DNA of 63,858 nt, counting the filler, from Bigelowiella natans CCMP2755 (Eukaryota; Protista; Cercozoa), in NCBI GenBank assembly GCA_000320545.1. It is 10 parts of 10 records of this genome, joined end to end, with 100 filler letters (N's around TTAATTAATTAA, not from the genome) between each part and the next. Parts side by side here need not be neighbours in the genome. Positions count along the whole stretch, not along the records: positions 1 to 7,753 come from ADNK01000488.1; positions 7,854 to 11,114 come from ADNK01001439.1; positions 11,215 to 29,918 come from ADNK01002881.1; 7 more parts are not named here. One strand, given 5' to 3'. The notes beneath the pieces are model-generated. The model saw nothing but the letters and a program-made list of their open reading frames with translations. It searched no databases and had not been told where the DNA came from. The translations under genes and the position numbers were made by a program. Within the stretch, counting starts at the first letter, position 1. The number at the start of each line of letters is the position of its first letter. Of this stretch, positions 1 to 13,700 are shown in pieces.

Positions 1-37
1 CCCCCCCCCCCCCACCCCCCGTTAATTCATTGCAAGG

Positions 38-1303
38 TTGTTCGTGGAATCTGCAAGTTTCGACGAAAGCGCGACTGCATTCAAGGAGAAGGAAGAAAAA
101 CATGACGACGTGATAAAAGAGAACAAGATGAAAAAGGAGGCGGATGAGCAGGGGCGAAGAGCTGCGGACACGAAAAAGGAGTCAACTGATAGCATACCGA
201 CAGCAGCACTGACGGGAGAAGAAGAAGCGAAAGGCAAGGAGAAGACAACAGCAACAGGAACTCCGTCCCCCCAGCTGAACGGATTGGCGATCCTCGTCGC
301 GATTGTGGGGGTTAGTGAGCAAATTGCATCATCAGTATCATCAAATTCACGGAGCAACATCAATAAACAATAACAACAACAATACAGGCTTCTATCCAAA
401 GTCTCGTTGCTCCAAGCAACAAAGTTAAGGCTCTCGACATCTTGGAGAAGGTGATTTGAACGATGATGATGGTGATGGGAAAAGGGAGGACACAAAGAAG
501 AAGCTCGTGATGATCAAGAAGAACAACAAGACAGAATCAAATGAATTAAAAACGAATATATTCCTAATCCTTTTGTTCAACCTCCCCCCCCCCCTCTCAT
601 TTTCTCTGTCTATCTGTCGGTTTGTGTGTGTGTCTGTGTGTGCGTGCGTGCGATTCCCTGACGACGCACGTGAACAGGTGGTTCGGTACAGCGAAGGTAG
701 TCCTAGCACACACCCACGACATTCTACGTGGCACTACCAGCACACATGCACGCACGCGCCATTCCCAACCGCTCTCATCGTAATCGCTCGAGCACGAATC
801 ATGACAATCGTCACACCACTGCCTCAGGATCCATGATTCTCGATCTGATCATCCCACACGCGCTGTACCTGAGGAGCGACCCTCAGGCAATCGTGCGGTA
901 TAAGGTCGTGAACCTGCTGGCGCTGGCTATGGACAAAGTGGACCAAATCAGCATGGCAGACGCGAATGTGCTCAGTGACTACCTCCTTCCCATCATCGTC
1001 AAGCTGCATCCTGATCACGAGAAGGACCCTCTCGTGCAGATTGGTATGTAGCAATAGGAGTAGTAGTAGTAGTAGTAGAGTAGAAGTAGCAGGAGAAGGA
1101 GTAGTTGAGTGTTCATCATCCTCACCTCTGATGTACATCATCTTGCACGTTCTACACTACCAGCGATCTGCAAGAAACTCCCCGTCTTGATGAGGTCTAC
1201 CCGGAAGTTTCTCGGTCGTCCTTCATCATCATCTCCTTCTTCTTCTTCTTCTTCTTCTCCTTCAATCATCGACCATCATCATCCGCCACTTTCCCATCTA
1301 ATT

Positions 1304-1343
<40 letters not shown>

Positions 1344-1762
1344 ATACTACGAACGTACGCTTCATGCGCCCACACCACTTTCAATATACCGCCGACCCCA
1401 TTATAATGCTCCGAGAGAAAGAGAGAGTCGCAGTTAGCCCCCTGTGCTCATCGTTGAAGTTGTAAGTAAAACGAGGACAGGCGACGTGAGGGTGCTGACC
1501 CAATGCGTATCACACAAATAATCTGGATATAAATATTTTCTCACCTTCCGTTGTTGTTTTATGTTATAATCTACGTGGGGATGCTGCTGGAACTACTATG
1601 CTGCTCCCGACATACAACCAGACCTTACACATGCGCTCAAGCAGAAGGCCGCAGTTGCACTTGACTCCAAAGAAAGTCAGGGATAGGAGCGAGGGAGAGA
1701 CAGAACGAAAGCACACGGAATAATTACAATGAACGCATCAATAAATTCAATTTCCATCATTG

Positions 1763-1796
<34 letters not shown>

Positions 1797-2777
1797 AATA
1801 GCAAATTTGATCGTATCTTTCTCTGGGTATTTATTGGCGGTTTCAGGTTCGTACGATAAGGAGCTGCACACCATCAAGCTTACGTTCCTCAAGTAAGTTG
1901 AAAAATTGAGAGGAAGAACATGAATACGATGTGTAAATGCGTGCGTGTGCGTGTAAGGTTTTGGTGATGGGAGCATGTATTTAAGGGGTAAATGATCATG
2001 TTCTCCTCCCCTCTCCTTATATTCTCTACCACGTCCTTATCACCCCCTGCATGGCTTGGCTGCTGTTGCTGCTGATGGTTTGTGTATGTAGTATGGTGGT
2101 GGGCTTCCTCGCGATGGGGTCGAGTAAGGCCAAGATCGCTCTTCTGAAGAACTTTCTTCACGTGTGCGAGTTCCTCGGCAAGGCCTTGGTATGCTGCTGC
2201 TGCTGCTGCTGCTGCAATTGATGACAGTGATGGTATTCCGCTGAGCAACGCTTTAAGGATCTTGTTGTTTTTGGAATCCTTTCTAGGTCGAGGAGAAGGA
2301 GATGCTTATGCACCTTACGACAGTCAGAAGCAACACGCACCACCATGATGACGATGATGACGACGATGATGATGATGATGACCCTTGACCTTTTCTACTG
2401 CGATGTCAATCGTAGTAGTGCCAGATGTAGTTCTAGTTGTAGTGTTAGCGGGTGGAAGAGCGCAGAAGAAGGAGAACAAGTAGAAGTAGCATTCTTGATG
2501 TCTTTTTACAAATGTTAGTGTGGGGTGTGCATGATGACCATTCATCATCATCATCATCATCATCAGCGATCATAACGATATATTCTTCATCTCACCTCGC
2601 CATACTAACCGATCAAACCAGGTGTTGAATGAGCCAGACTGGGAGCTCAGAGCGTCGATGTTCCGCCATGTGCCGAAGTTCAGGTACGTACTGCCAAAAA
2701 GGGAGGATAAATACGAGCGAATTGATTCTCATGCTTTTGCTGCTGGCGCTCCTCCTCCTTATGTTATTGTATTTGTG

Positions 2778-2812
<35 letters not shown>

Positions 2813-3143
2813 TGTCGTCTTGCTTCTCCTCCTATTATTACTTAACCACCACACAACTGCCAATTCCAACACACAAACTTCAATTTATCACAACCACAAA
2901 CCACGTTGCTGCTGCCCCCTCCTGATGCCATTATTATTAACAATAATGACCCATGAACAACTTGCTGCAACGCGTCATCATCATCATCGTCTCCAGTGTC
3001 TTCCTCGGGCAAGAATCACTGGTGAGTGAGGAACAGCCTATCTCTCGTATTTAAATGATATCACAGAATGCATGAGGCAGTGAGAAAAGAAGAAGAGGGC
3101 GGAGGGGAGAGCGATTCTATGCGTTTGTGATGAGGATGACGAC

Positions 3144-3175
<32 letters not shown>

Positions 3176-3267
3176 CCACGATGACGCAACGAGGATTAGC
3201 ACTAGTGATAACTACTCTTATGACTTTGGCTTGGAATTCGCTTTAGAAGGCTATAAAAAGGGCGATA

Positions 3268-3300
<33 letters not shown>

Positions 3301-5244
3301 TTTTAAAAGGTGGTGGATTCCTTGCTCCCTATTATGACGGAGGCGCTGTATGATGCAGAGCTCTTTGTTAGTCATGAGGTGACAATCATGTGCAAAGTTC
3401 GAAGGGGGGGGGGGAAGGGGAAAAGAAGTCTCAAGTTGGACAGACAGAATTCAGCCACCCTTCGTTTTCTCTATGTATCTCTATTCTCCCTCATGCAAAT
3501 TCTTCCTCATATAGGCACTGAAGGCGTTAACTAGCATTTGCTGCTTCATCATTGCGAAGAAGAACAACAGGTGGTGGTGGTGGTGGTTGTGGTGGTGGTG
3601 GTGAATTGTGGGGTTTCGGTAGTATAGGCCCACTTCTTGCATGCCTATCTTAGTGTATGTGTGTGTGTTCTGCGCCTCTTTAAGCTACTCGTCTGCCTGT
3701 CCGCCAACTCGTGTGTGTGTGTGTGTGTGGGCGTGTGTGCATTTGTTGGTTAAGGTACAGATCTGATCATCATGCTTATCATCGGCATTATCATATTCGT
3801 CATCATCGCCATTCCTTAGCACAGCCTTCCATCTCCCCCTCCCTCTCTCACAGACATAAAGGTCCGATCAGCGGTCGTATTCGGAATGGAGGTGGATTCT
3901 CTCCCCCTTCCTCCTCCCCCTCCTCCCCCTCCTCCTCCTCCTCCTCACGAGAGGCAGGGGGCTTGCGGAAGGAAATCATCGAAAAGGTATTGATAATCGA
4001 AGGGGGTAAAAAAGAAGAATGCCGTCACAATTCCGTCTCCCCTCTTCTCCCCCCCGTTCAAGCTCCTGCTGCTGCTGCTGCTGAGAGCAAATAGAGATAT
4101 GACGGGGTTGGTGGGGTTGCTTTATGTGTGCTATGTTTGTAAATCATCATCTCGTCGCACATTAGGTGGCCCCACTCCTCTTGCACCCTGCCCATTTCAT
4201 CCATCGAGAGGCCTGCAAGTATATGCTCAAGCTAGCAGAGGTAAGAAGAGTGAAAGGAGGGGGAGGAGGAGGAGGAAAAGGATGATAATGGAAGAGAAAG
4301 AAGATTATGATGATGGAGAAGAAATCACATTCCATCCCTGAACGAAAATTATTTGTGACTCACTGAGCGTATTTCCCTTGTTGATATCATGATGGTTTCA
4401 TCCCCTCCCCCCCCCCTCCCCCCTCCCATGTTTCGAGGAAGAGACTGTAGTAATACCTGTCCCCGTGTTCCTCCTACTATTTGATATACGATATGTGTAT
4501 ATATTTATATATCCGATGATGATGTCGCTGCTGCTATCAATGTTGATCAGGCGCTCGGGCCTGCACAGTCATTCCAACGGCTGCACCCTATCTTGAAGAA
4601 GTACACGACATACCCCGTGCTGGTAGGAACACTACTCCTCTCCGTGCAGTGTAGTGCCTGCTGCTGATGCTCCCTTACTTCACTTTCCACGTGCGAGGAC
4701 CGTTGAAGAATGAGAAAGGGGGAGGGGGGGGGGGGGGGGGGGGGATGATGATTACTGGAAGGAAGGGATGAACGGGAAAGTAACAGATAGGCAGCTGCAA
4801 CAGCAAAACACAAGAGCTCAGAATGTTTTTCTGTCACCTTTCTCTCTCTCTCTCTCTCTTTCTCTTTCTCTTTCTGGTCATCTTGCTTCTAAGGTCCTAA
4901 ACGAAGAGACTCTTTCCCAAGCACTGAGGCCCTGCATACCTCTATCCGATTACAATGAGGTCATTCGTCCTAGAATAGTAATTCCTCCGTCGGTGGTGAT
5001 GCTAATCGCCTCATCATCCCAACCCCGCTCCCCCTCTCATTCTCTCGATTTCCTCCTAGTGACACTGATAATGAAGGCAGTGATTGATGATGACATTATT
5101 ATTATTTTCCGCGACTTTGAAGGCGTTGTCGTTGTATTCGAAGACCCCGAAAGCCGACTATAAGCAACTGAAAACGGTCGCTTACTTCAAGGACCTCGGC
5201 ACCAGCGAAGGTCACGTGCATAGCGGGGCAATGATGATGATGAT

Positions 5245-5277
<33 letters not shown>

Positions 5278-5341
5278 AATGATGACAGATGATAGATGAA
5301 GTGACGCTGGCATGTACACACATCTCTTATCATGTGTCTGT

Positions 5342-5373
<32 letters not shown>

Positions 5374-6010
5374 CTGTGTGTGTATTAATACGACATTATC
5401 AGAGTCGGACGAGGGCGCGCTGCTGCGTGATATGAAAACCTACTTCTTCGAGGTTTTCAAGAAGTCCGCGCATATCAGAAGGCAAGAGACCACCACCACC
5501 ATCACCATCACCATCATCATCCTCATCCTCGTCACCCTTACCGCCACAAATCTCTCCAACCTCTCGTTCGTATGTCCAGGACATTTTATTCGATGATGAG
5601 GATTTTCTATCGGTACAACTGAGAGAGATTTTTGTTGTTGTTGTTGTCATGCAATTATTACTCCTCCAGATCACATAATGGTAACCTGGGCTCGCCGCAG
5701 GGAAGGGTAGTAGAGTGATGCAGTAGTAGTAGTACTAGTAGTAGTAGTAGTAGTTGCTGTTGTTGTTGTTGTTGTTGTTGTAGCTCTGACATGCGTAACT
5801 TACGTCCCGAAACACCGTCGTACTTTGAGGATAGATATACGAGCAACTTGAAGAGATACACATCATTACCTTACCTTGATCAGAAGTTTAAGTTTAAGTA
5901 GTAGTAGTAGTAGTTCTTTCCCTCGTCGGTCCACTCGTCGTCGGAGCTGGCCACTAGCATTAGAATTTGATCTCCGCTTCTCCTTCGATAACATGACCTC
6001 ACTATTAGTA

Positions 6011-6041
<31 letters not shown>

Positions 6042-6349
6042 CTATTTCCACAGGGTGCTGCTGGAGGCGCTGCTGGTGGCGGTTCCTCCCCCACAAGCGG
6101 GGCGCGGATGAGGAGTGATTGGGCGGACGCTGGTCGTAGGGCCAAGCTTTATGCGACATCTCTCGAGCCAACAGCCGACATTCACCACCATTCAATCTCT
6201 CGCTCCGGAAGCAAGCGCTCGCACCTTGCCGATAAGCAAGGTTTTTTTTTCCCCTTGGGGAGGGGGGGCGGTTAAGGCTTTAGAAGTAGAGATGCATGCA
6301 AGAACTATCACCCCTGTCAAGAAATTAACAACTCGAAATTCTTCTTTTT

Positions 6350-6386
<37 letters not shown>

Positions 6387-7753
6387 CTCGAGAATGGATA
6401 TGTTTCATCATTTCCCAAGTAGTGATAGAAATACTGACCGAAGATATCGGATACCCCCCTCAACCTCCCCTCTTTTCATAGGAGACATTAAACGGCTGAA
6501 GGAAAGGAAGAAACCTGGCGACTATTCTTCGGGTAGTTGAGAAGTTGTTGCGTTGGAGTGGCAGTGGTGGAATAGAATGGAAGAAGGCGAGGGTGATTAC
6601 AGCTGTGACGATGAAATTGATGATGATAATGATGATGGTACGGGTGTCGGCGTCGTCGTCTTTGCTGTTGTTTTTGTTGCTGTTCGGTGTTCTTCAGGGG
6701 GCAGGGACCCACCCCCTGGGGCCGTGGATGTGGTCAACGCCGCTTTCGATATCCCCATCTACGACGATATTGAGATACGAAATAGGCCTAATACGTGGTA
6801 AGTAGAAGTAGTAGTAGTAGTAGCAGTAGTAGTAGTAGTAGTAGTGACATTGGTGCTGCTTCCGGTTGCGGTAATAATAATAGTAGTAATGATGATCAAC
6901 CCCTCTCCTCCCTCCCTCCCTCCCTCCCTCCCTCCCCCCCCTCTCTCTCCGCAGGTACAGGCGGCGTGTTCGGCAATGCTTGGAAGAGGATGAGAAGGTG
7001 AGAAGAATCACAAATGAAAGAGAGAAAAACACCGAGACGATGATAACAACGTGACCCCGTCATTTATGCATGTACGCGCGTACGCGCGCAGGTTCGGCCC
7101 GAGATGCGAGGAGCGACATGGGTGCCAAAGGGAATACTGGTAATGAACAGCAGCAGCTTGCTCTCTCCTTCTTCTTCATCATCATCTTCTTCTTCTTCTC
7201 CTCTTCCTTGCCTCCCCCACCTGATGAGTCCGTTTTTCCCTCCTCCTCCTCCTCCTCCACAACTACTCACTTTGTACTGTGGTAATCTGCCTCTCGATTT
7301 CGTCCAACCCTCCCCCCCTAACCATGTTGCTTTGATGATGAATGACCAAGATTATGATAAGTGTCAATACGAGGAGGTTGAGATGGAGATGTGAAACGTA
7401 TTCATCAGAAATTCCTCCTAACCATACTACTGCTACTACAACTACTACTACTACTATTACTACCACTAATACTACTAATACCTGTACAGATGGTGGGCAT
7501 TTGTTGGACCCTCTGGGTAGTGGAAAAAGCTCGGTAAGTAGTAACGATAGTAAGAAGAAAAAAAGCTGAGAGAAGAAGAAGAAAAAGAAGAACATGATGA
7601 TGATGATGATCTTCAGAGAAGGAAGGAAGTAGATTAAGGGTAATGTTCAAGAGAGGACATAAAAACATGATATACTAGAACTATTATATCGGCAAAATAT
7701 GTTGATACAATATATATAAGTATAGTTTTTATGTGTGTTTCTGCTGCATCATC
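38..7753 (+). CDS. VPS15: VPS15/PIK3R4 PI3K regulatory subunit, HEAT region; multi-exon, partial at both ends
   Basis: Spliced exons give 'LDLIIPHALYLRSDPQAIVRYKVVNLL...DANVLSDYLLPIIVKLHPDHEKDPLVQI', 'SYDKELHTIKLTF', 'LLKNFLHVCEFLGK', 'VLNEPDWELRASMFRHV' and 'LLPIMTEALYDAELFV'. These match the order of VPS15 HEAT motifs (LDRILPY..DP.A.VR; FLND.DW.LR; L.D.EEFV). Exons are bounded by GT-AG, microsatellite-filled introns. Confidence 0.85.
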
Positions 7754-7853
7754 NNNNNNNNNNNNNNNNNNNNNNNNNNNNNNNNNNNNNNNNNNNNTTA
7801 ATTAATTAANNNNNNNNNNNNNNNNNNNNNNNNNNNNNNNNNNNNNNNNNNNN
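7754..7853. other. Artificial contig linker; identical copies at 11115-11214, 29919-30018, 33975-34074, 36813-36912, 52992-53091, 55671-55770, 60713-60812, 62704-62803
   Basis: Every gap is exactly 44N + TTAATTAATTAA + 44N. The 12-mer gives stop codons in all six frames. Confidence 0.98.
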
Positions 7854-7907
7854 CCCCCCCCCCCCCCCTCCATTCATCCATCTCTCCTCCTTCAAATATA
7901 CACAACA

Positions 7908-8333
7908 AGCTCTGCTAGCATGCTCAAGCCGAATCGCACTCTCACCTCTTTGGATTTAAGATGGTCAGCACTAGCAGCACAGAGTCGTAGTAGAATAAGT
8001 AGTAGTAGCAGCAGCAGCAGCAACAACAACAACAGTATACCTATACCCAGATAGATGATCTCAACTCAGCGTCTCACTGTGGGTTACTTTCACTTACATT
8101 ATCTAACAGGAATCAGATTATGGACGTTGGGGCGCGCGCTCTGCTGGAGGGTCTTGCTCGTAACGACACGCTAATCGCGATGCCTCTATCGGGGAACAAG
8201 GTGCGTTGTGGCGCTCCTCTGCGCTTCTCATTGCCCCTCCCCCTTCCTCTTCTTCTCGCATTCCCCATATTTGATTCCTGCTTTCGAAAGAATATGCTCC
8301 ACCCCCCGTGGCTAGTGTGTTTGTGCGGGAAAC

Positions 8334-8377
<44 letters not shown>

Positions 8378-8389
8378 CACACACCTAAA

Positions 8390-8427
<38 letters not shown>

Positions 8428-8560
8428 ACACATATATGGACATTTGTGTGTACAAAATATGCACGTCCACAAAGCTCTTCTTGCATCACCATCGTCACTC
8501 ACTGTTCGAATAGGATGAGAAGGATACGATCGCCGACTGCATGTCCCGTATTGGCTCGCT
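7908..8560 (+). CDS. Ribonuclease-inhibitor/NLRC3-type leucine-rich repeat protein, 3' fragment
   Basis: Exons 'ALASMLKPNRTLTSLDLR' and 'NQIMDVGARALLEGLARNDTLIAMPLSGNK' follow the 28-aa LRR_RI consensus (L..N.TL..L.L..N.I...GA..L). Confidence 0.75.
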
Positions 8561-9468
8561 CACCTCAAGAACAGGGCCGGGTCATAAAACCACAACAGAC
8601 TCCAAGCTGCTTGATGATGACGCCTATAGCGACGAGTGAGCCTGTTTGGAGATGCAACGAGACGTGCTAGCGTAGTTCGCAAGGCACATGAGTGAATGTA
8701 CGACTTGGCTCATGCAGGATTCAGAACATGCAATGCACATCGCATCCATAGCTCTAGATGTGTGCCAAAACATCTAGAGGTGTTCGACACGGCTAGACGG
8801 CGATGTCTCGCAGATTCGTGCATGTGTTGCTGATTGACTGGATAAAGTCACAGCAGCAGTGTGGTGTTCACGCCGGTGTGTCTAGCTCCATGGAGCTAGC
8901 TGCTAGGCATGCTAGCATGCTAGCATGCATCTATGACACTTCTGTTTGTTTTGGCGACTCGCATGGTCACAGTACGTCGAGCCTGTCATGCTAGCACGCA
9001 CCATCGTCTCCTTCGATCACTACGCACTGCTAGACTGCATCTCTGCCACAGATGTGCTAGTGTGTATAGTGGCTAGCTAGCTAGACTAGCTACTAGACGT
9101 TAGTTGCCATGCTAGCATGGCGTTTGATTCCAATGACGATTGCATGCCCAACCATATCTTGCCGTTTCATTTCTGTGTGACGATCGAAAGCACAACCCTG
9201 AAAGAGACTACAAGCTAGCAAGGCCTGCCACATCTAGACATTGAAACACCCATCTAGACATGCTAGCATGGCGTTCGTAGCCGCGCCATGAATGTCTAGA
9301 ATGTGCTTGCTCATCGATACTACCGGCTAGCCGGCGCTGCTTTGCTTGTTATCATTCAGTGTTGCACATTTGGCTTGTGTCTGCTGATGGCTCCCAATTT
9401 CCCTCATGCACCCGCAAATGCTTACATTTAGTGCACTGCTATAGTGATTTTCAATAAAACAATAACAT

Positions 9469-9503
<35 letters not shown>

Positions 9504-9577
9504 ATATTGTTCACCTGTTATTGCTTTATTTACTACTGCAGATGGGCTGATTAATCGTAATCCATCGAGCTGTAGGG

Positions 9578-9618
<41 letters not shown>

Positions 9619-9648
9619 GAGCTTTCTGGCGGCGGCATGGTAGTAGCA

Positions 9649-9863
9649 TTACCCAAGACGTGCCATAAGGTCATCCTAACAGGAGAAGGGGAGGAAGAGA
9701 AGGAATGGCATCGTTGAAAGGTTGGCTCTTCCACGCGTAGATACGAGCAGATTGCTACTTCGTTATTCTTATTACTATCGTGCGAACGCATTGCATACGC
9801 GAAAGGATTCGACACAATCAGAAGATCGAGAGGAAGAACGGTGTGATTTTATACACATCTAGG

Positions 9864-9907
<44 letters not shown>

Positions 9908-9928
9908 AAACACACAAACACATACCAC

Positions 9929-9975
<47 letters not shown>

Positions 9976-10022
9976 CTATTCTTATCTATAACACCATACT
10001 CCTGCTTCACGGTATATTACTT

Positions 10023-10056
<34 letters not shown>

Positions 10057-10749
10057 GTCTGCAAGTGATTATGTGCGTTTGTGGTTTAAGTTGTTGCGCA
10101 CCAGCTTGGAGATCGGGTTCGATGGATTGAGAGTCACCACATCGAGAGAGGTCTTCCCGTTGGCGTTCTTCACGGAAACCTACGGGAGGGGGGAGGGCAG
10201 CGAGATGTAGCAGCATGCGTTAAAGCACGAATCGGAATGATCTAATATGCTCTCATTCCTGCTCATCGTATTCTTCGTCCAACAATCATCATCATCATCA
10301 TCATCATCGTCGTCATCATCATCCAATCCACGAATGGGTTGAGTAAGATTACATCGACTCCAGCATCGAGGAGCAGCTTTGCAGCATCAGGCTGGCCATA
10401 TCCAGTCGCGTAGTGTAGAGGGGTGTTGCCCTGACACGAGAAAGCACATAGTTACTCAAAAAGCGTTATGATCGTTATCCTTATCATCCTCTCTCACTGC
10501 TGCTGCTATTACTACTACTGCTACTACTCACTACCACTGCTACTACTTCTACAACAACAATTGCTACGGCTGCAACGCTTCTAGCCCGACGACGGCACAG
10601 TTCCGACCAACGCCACCACCCCTTTCCTCTTCTCACATACCTTGCTGTCTAGTGCACCTAGGTCGGCGCCGTTTTCAAGCAGAATCTGTAGTTCATTTAT
10701 ACCGCCCAGTTGTCAGATTTGGGGGAGGGGTGGGGGAGGTCGATCATGG

Positions 10750-10781
<32 letters not shown>

Positions 10782-10950
10782 TTGATGGTGTTGATGGTGG
10801 CGGCGGTGGCCGCGCAGACGCTCTTGACGGGATGTTTCTCACAAAATGGCAGAACCTTCGCGACATCGACGTGGCCTCCTGCACATGCCCAATGCATTGG
10901 CGTGCGCTCCTCTCCGTCACGCTGGTTCACGTCCTTACCGACAAAGGTCT
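9649..10950 (-). CDS. Ankyrin-repeat protein, AKR2-like C-terminal region (5' part lost at gap)
   Basis: Spliced: 'GKDVNQRDGEERTPMHWACAGGHVDVAK | ILLENGADLGALDSK | GNTPLHYATGYGQPDAAKLLLDAGVD | VSVKNANGKTSLDVVTLNPSNPISKL | DDLMARLG*'. The NTPLHYA.GYG...N..GKT..DV pattern is typical of plant/green-algal AKR2. The last exon is tentative. Confidence 0.8.
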
Positions 10951-11216
10951 GCAAGGAAGAAGATGATAAAGAGAGCAGAGTAGCAGCAGCAGCAAGGGTT
11001 GTGTTGGATGAAAGAATCAGGAAAGAGGGGTTTTCAATTGTAGAAAGCAATCGTATTATCAACACAGAGCAACACCATCATCAACATCCGAAAATCCAAC
11101 CCCCCCCCCCCCCCNNNNNNNNNNNNNNNNNNNNNNNNNNNNNNNNNNNNNNNNNNNNTTAATTAATTAANNNNNNNNNNNNNNNNNNNNNNNNNNNNNN
11201 NNNNNNNNNNNNNNAG

Positions 11217-11251
<35 letters not shown>

Positions 11252-11329
11252 AAGAAAACGATCGACCAAACCGCCACTTCCCGTTCCCCTCCCACCCACC
11301 CCCCCCCCCCCTTCTTTTCTGGCGCACAC

Positions 11330-13659
11330 ACCTTTGGCGCTCGACATTCGGTTGAGAGCCATCGATCCAGAGGCATCAACGCAGAAGATCACTAGGGAAC
11401 CGGCCTATACAGGGCGGTGGTGGAAATTGCGGCAAAGAATACAAAACACTATCAACACTAATACAGAGCTAAGTGTGAATGCTTGCATCCGTGCGTGCGA
11501 AGGGTAGATCGAGATTGATTGATAGAGAAAGAGAGAGAGGGGACGGAGGGGGGGGTGGGAGAGGGGGAATAGAAATCATTATGGCAAGATTCCAAAGTAC
11601 CTTTCTGGCAAGTTTTTTCGCCCTGAAGTCCGACGATTCGACGTAAACATTGCGAATGTCTCCTTTCTCCTTGCCTCTCTCTCGTCGCGCCCTCTGGTAA
11701 GGAGCTGCGGCACGCAGGGTTGCATCAACAGCCATCTTCTTCACCTTGCCCTGTTAGTCATAACCAGAACGATGACGGACGATGAGTATGAGGGTGATGG
11801 TGGAGACGATGACGGTGGAGATCGATAATTGGGAAGGGGGGAACAACATTAGAAGATGTGCCCACAGGGAGGGGGGAAACAAAAATAAAATAAAACAAAA
11901 ACATGCAGAAGCTGAATGAATAAGAGGCGGAAAATGGCCCCTTTGCCGCTCCGCGGCGACACATATCTGCCGTTCGCTCTCTCTCCTCGCTCACCTTGGG
12001 AATCATCGGCTTGATGTAGCGTCCACGATCCTCTGAGAATATCATCTGCGTCTGTGGAGAAGGAGGGAGGAACACGTTAGTTCTCGGGCAGGAAAACGAG
12101 AAGTGCGAACGACGATGAGGATGATGATGGGGACGATGATGACGATGGCATTGAAGCTGTTACTATTGCGGCAGGATGGTCATCATAGCCTCTCAGCTGC
12201 GGAGTGAGTGACAACTAACACCACTGACCCTCGCTCGGCCAGTTCTTCCGGAGGCCTTATTCGAGTTTTGGAACTTCATCAGGTCGTCGTCGAGGATAAC
12301 GCCCTCAGAGTCAAAGACAAACTCCTCGGGGACTTGGTCCATCTCGGGCTCCTCTTCCTCCTGTTTCGAGCAGAACGAAGAAGAGACGAAGAAGAGGAGG
12401 GGGGGGAGGAGATATAGTATTCAGAGGGTGCTCGCTATTTTAGGAAATAAGAGCTTTCTCTCTTTCTCTCTCTCTCTCTCTCTATCTCTCCTCCCCGTCC
12501 CTCCCCCCTGCGTGTGTGCGTGTGTGTGTGTGTGTGTGTGCACGTGGGTATCTCAAGAGAGGAAGAAGCAGTAGAGAGTTTGTCGGTCTAGCAGTGCGCC
12601 AGCCTCATCATCATCATCATCATCGTCGTCATGGTTTACAACCTCTTGGTCCTCTTCCTCTTGCTCCTGCTGCTCTTGCTCTTGCTCCTCCTGCATCTCA
12701 TCTTGTGGTGGGGGAGGAGGTGGGGGGGGCTGAGGAGGCTCCATTTCCTCTGGGGGCATATCCTTGAAGATCGAGCGAGGAATGATCACGAGCTTCACCG
12801 CCTGGAGAAGAGGGGGGGAGGGGGGGGGGGGGAGAATCATCAGCGTCAATATCATCGTTGCTACTCACATTACCTTCCCCCATCCCCAACCGCCCCACAC
12901 TAGTATCTACCAGAACTTATTATCATCGTATTCGTTAATAAAATTTGCCGCACTCCACCTTCTGAAGATCCTCGGGGACGACCTTGGTGCGGCCCTCCAA
13001 CGCCGCGTTTGCCTGTCAGTAAACACACCGAATTATTAAAAAACATCAAACAAAAAAAAACGGTGTCGCGGCTTGAATTCCTACGATGCTCGCTCGAGGT
13101 TTCCTCTCCTCTCTTCTAGCTGCAGCACTGCGCAGTGAATAGTTTTCATGTGAGCGCCCGTCTCCATTCAACCACCTTTGCGACGCGAACGGCAAACATC
13201 TCCGCTCTGTGGCCTTCTACGCCTCCTCTCCTAGCCTCATCGACAAGGTATTCAATCTGCTTTGGCCCGATCGTAACCTCCTTTAGAAACTCCCTGCGGA
13301 TAGGGAAAAACAGGACAAATGGGAGGGGGTTGGGGGGTTATTTAATTTACTTTACAAGGGAAGGGTCTTCATTGCGTCATCATATGCACACGGTGTGTGT
13401 AAGAACAAACGTCGGTGCTTTGCAGCCTTGGGAGCATTTAGGGGTTATTTTCGGATTATTCATGCCTTTTGAGCGTCAGCATGGGCAGTAACAACGCTGC
13501 TTGCAGCATACCTCGCGAAGAGAATCTGAGAGCCCATTTGCCCGGTCGCGTCTTTGCACTCTTCGATGATCTCCATGGGGTCATCTTGAAAGCGAGAGGC
13601 CATATCCATCGCCTCTAGCCGCTCCTCGGATGTCTTCGGCTCTTCGCTATTCAACACCT

Positions 13660-13700
<41 letters not shown>

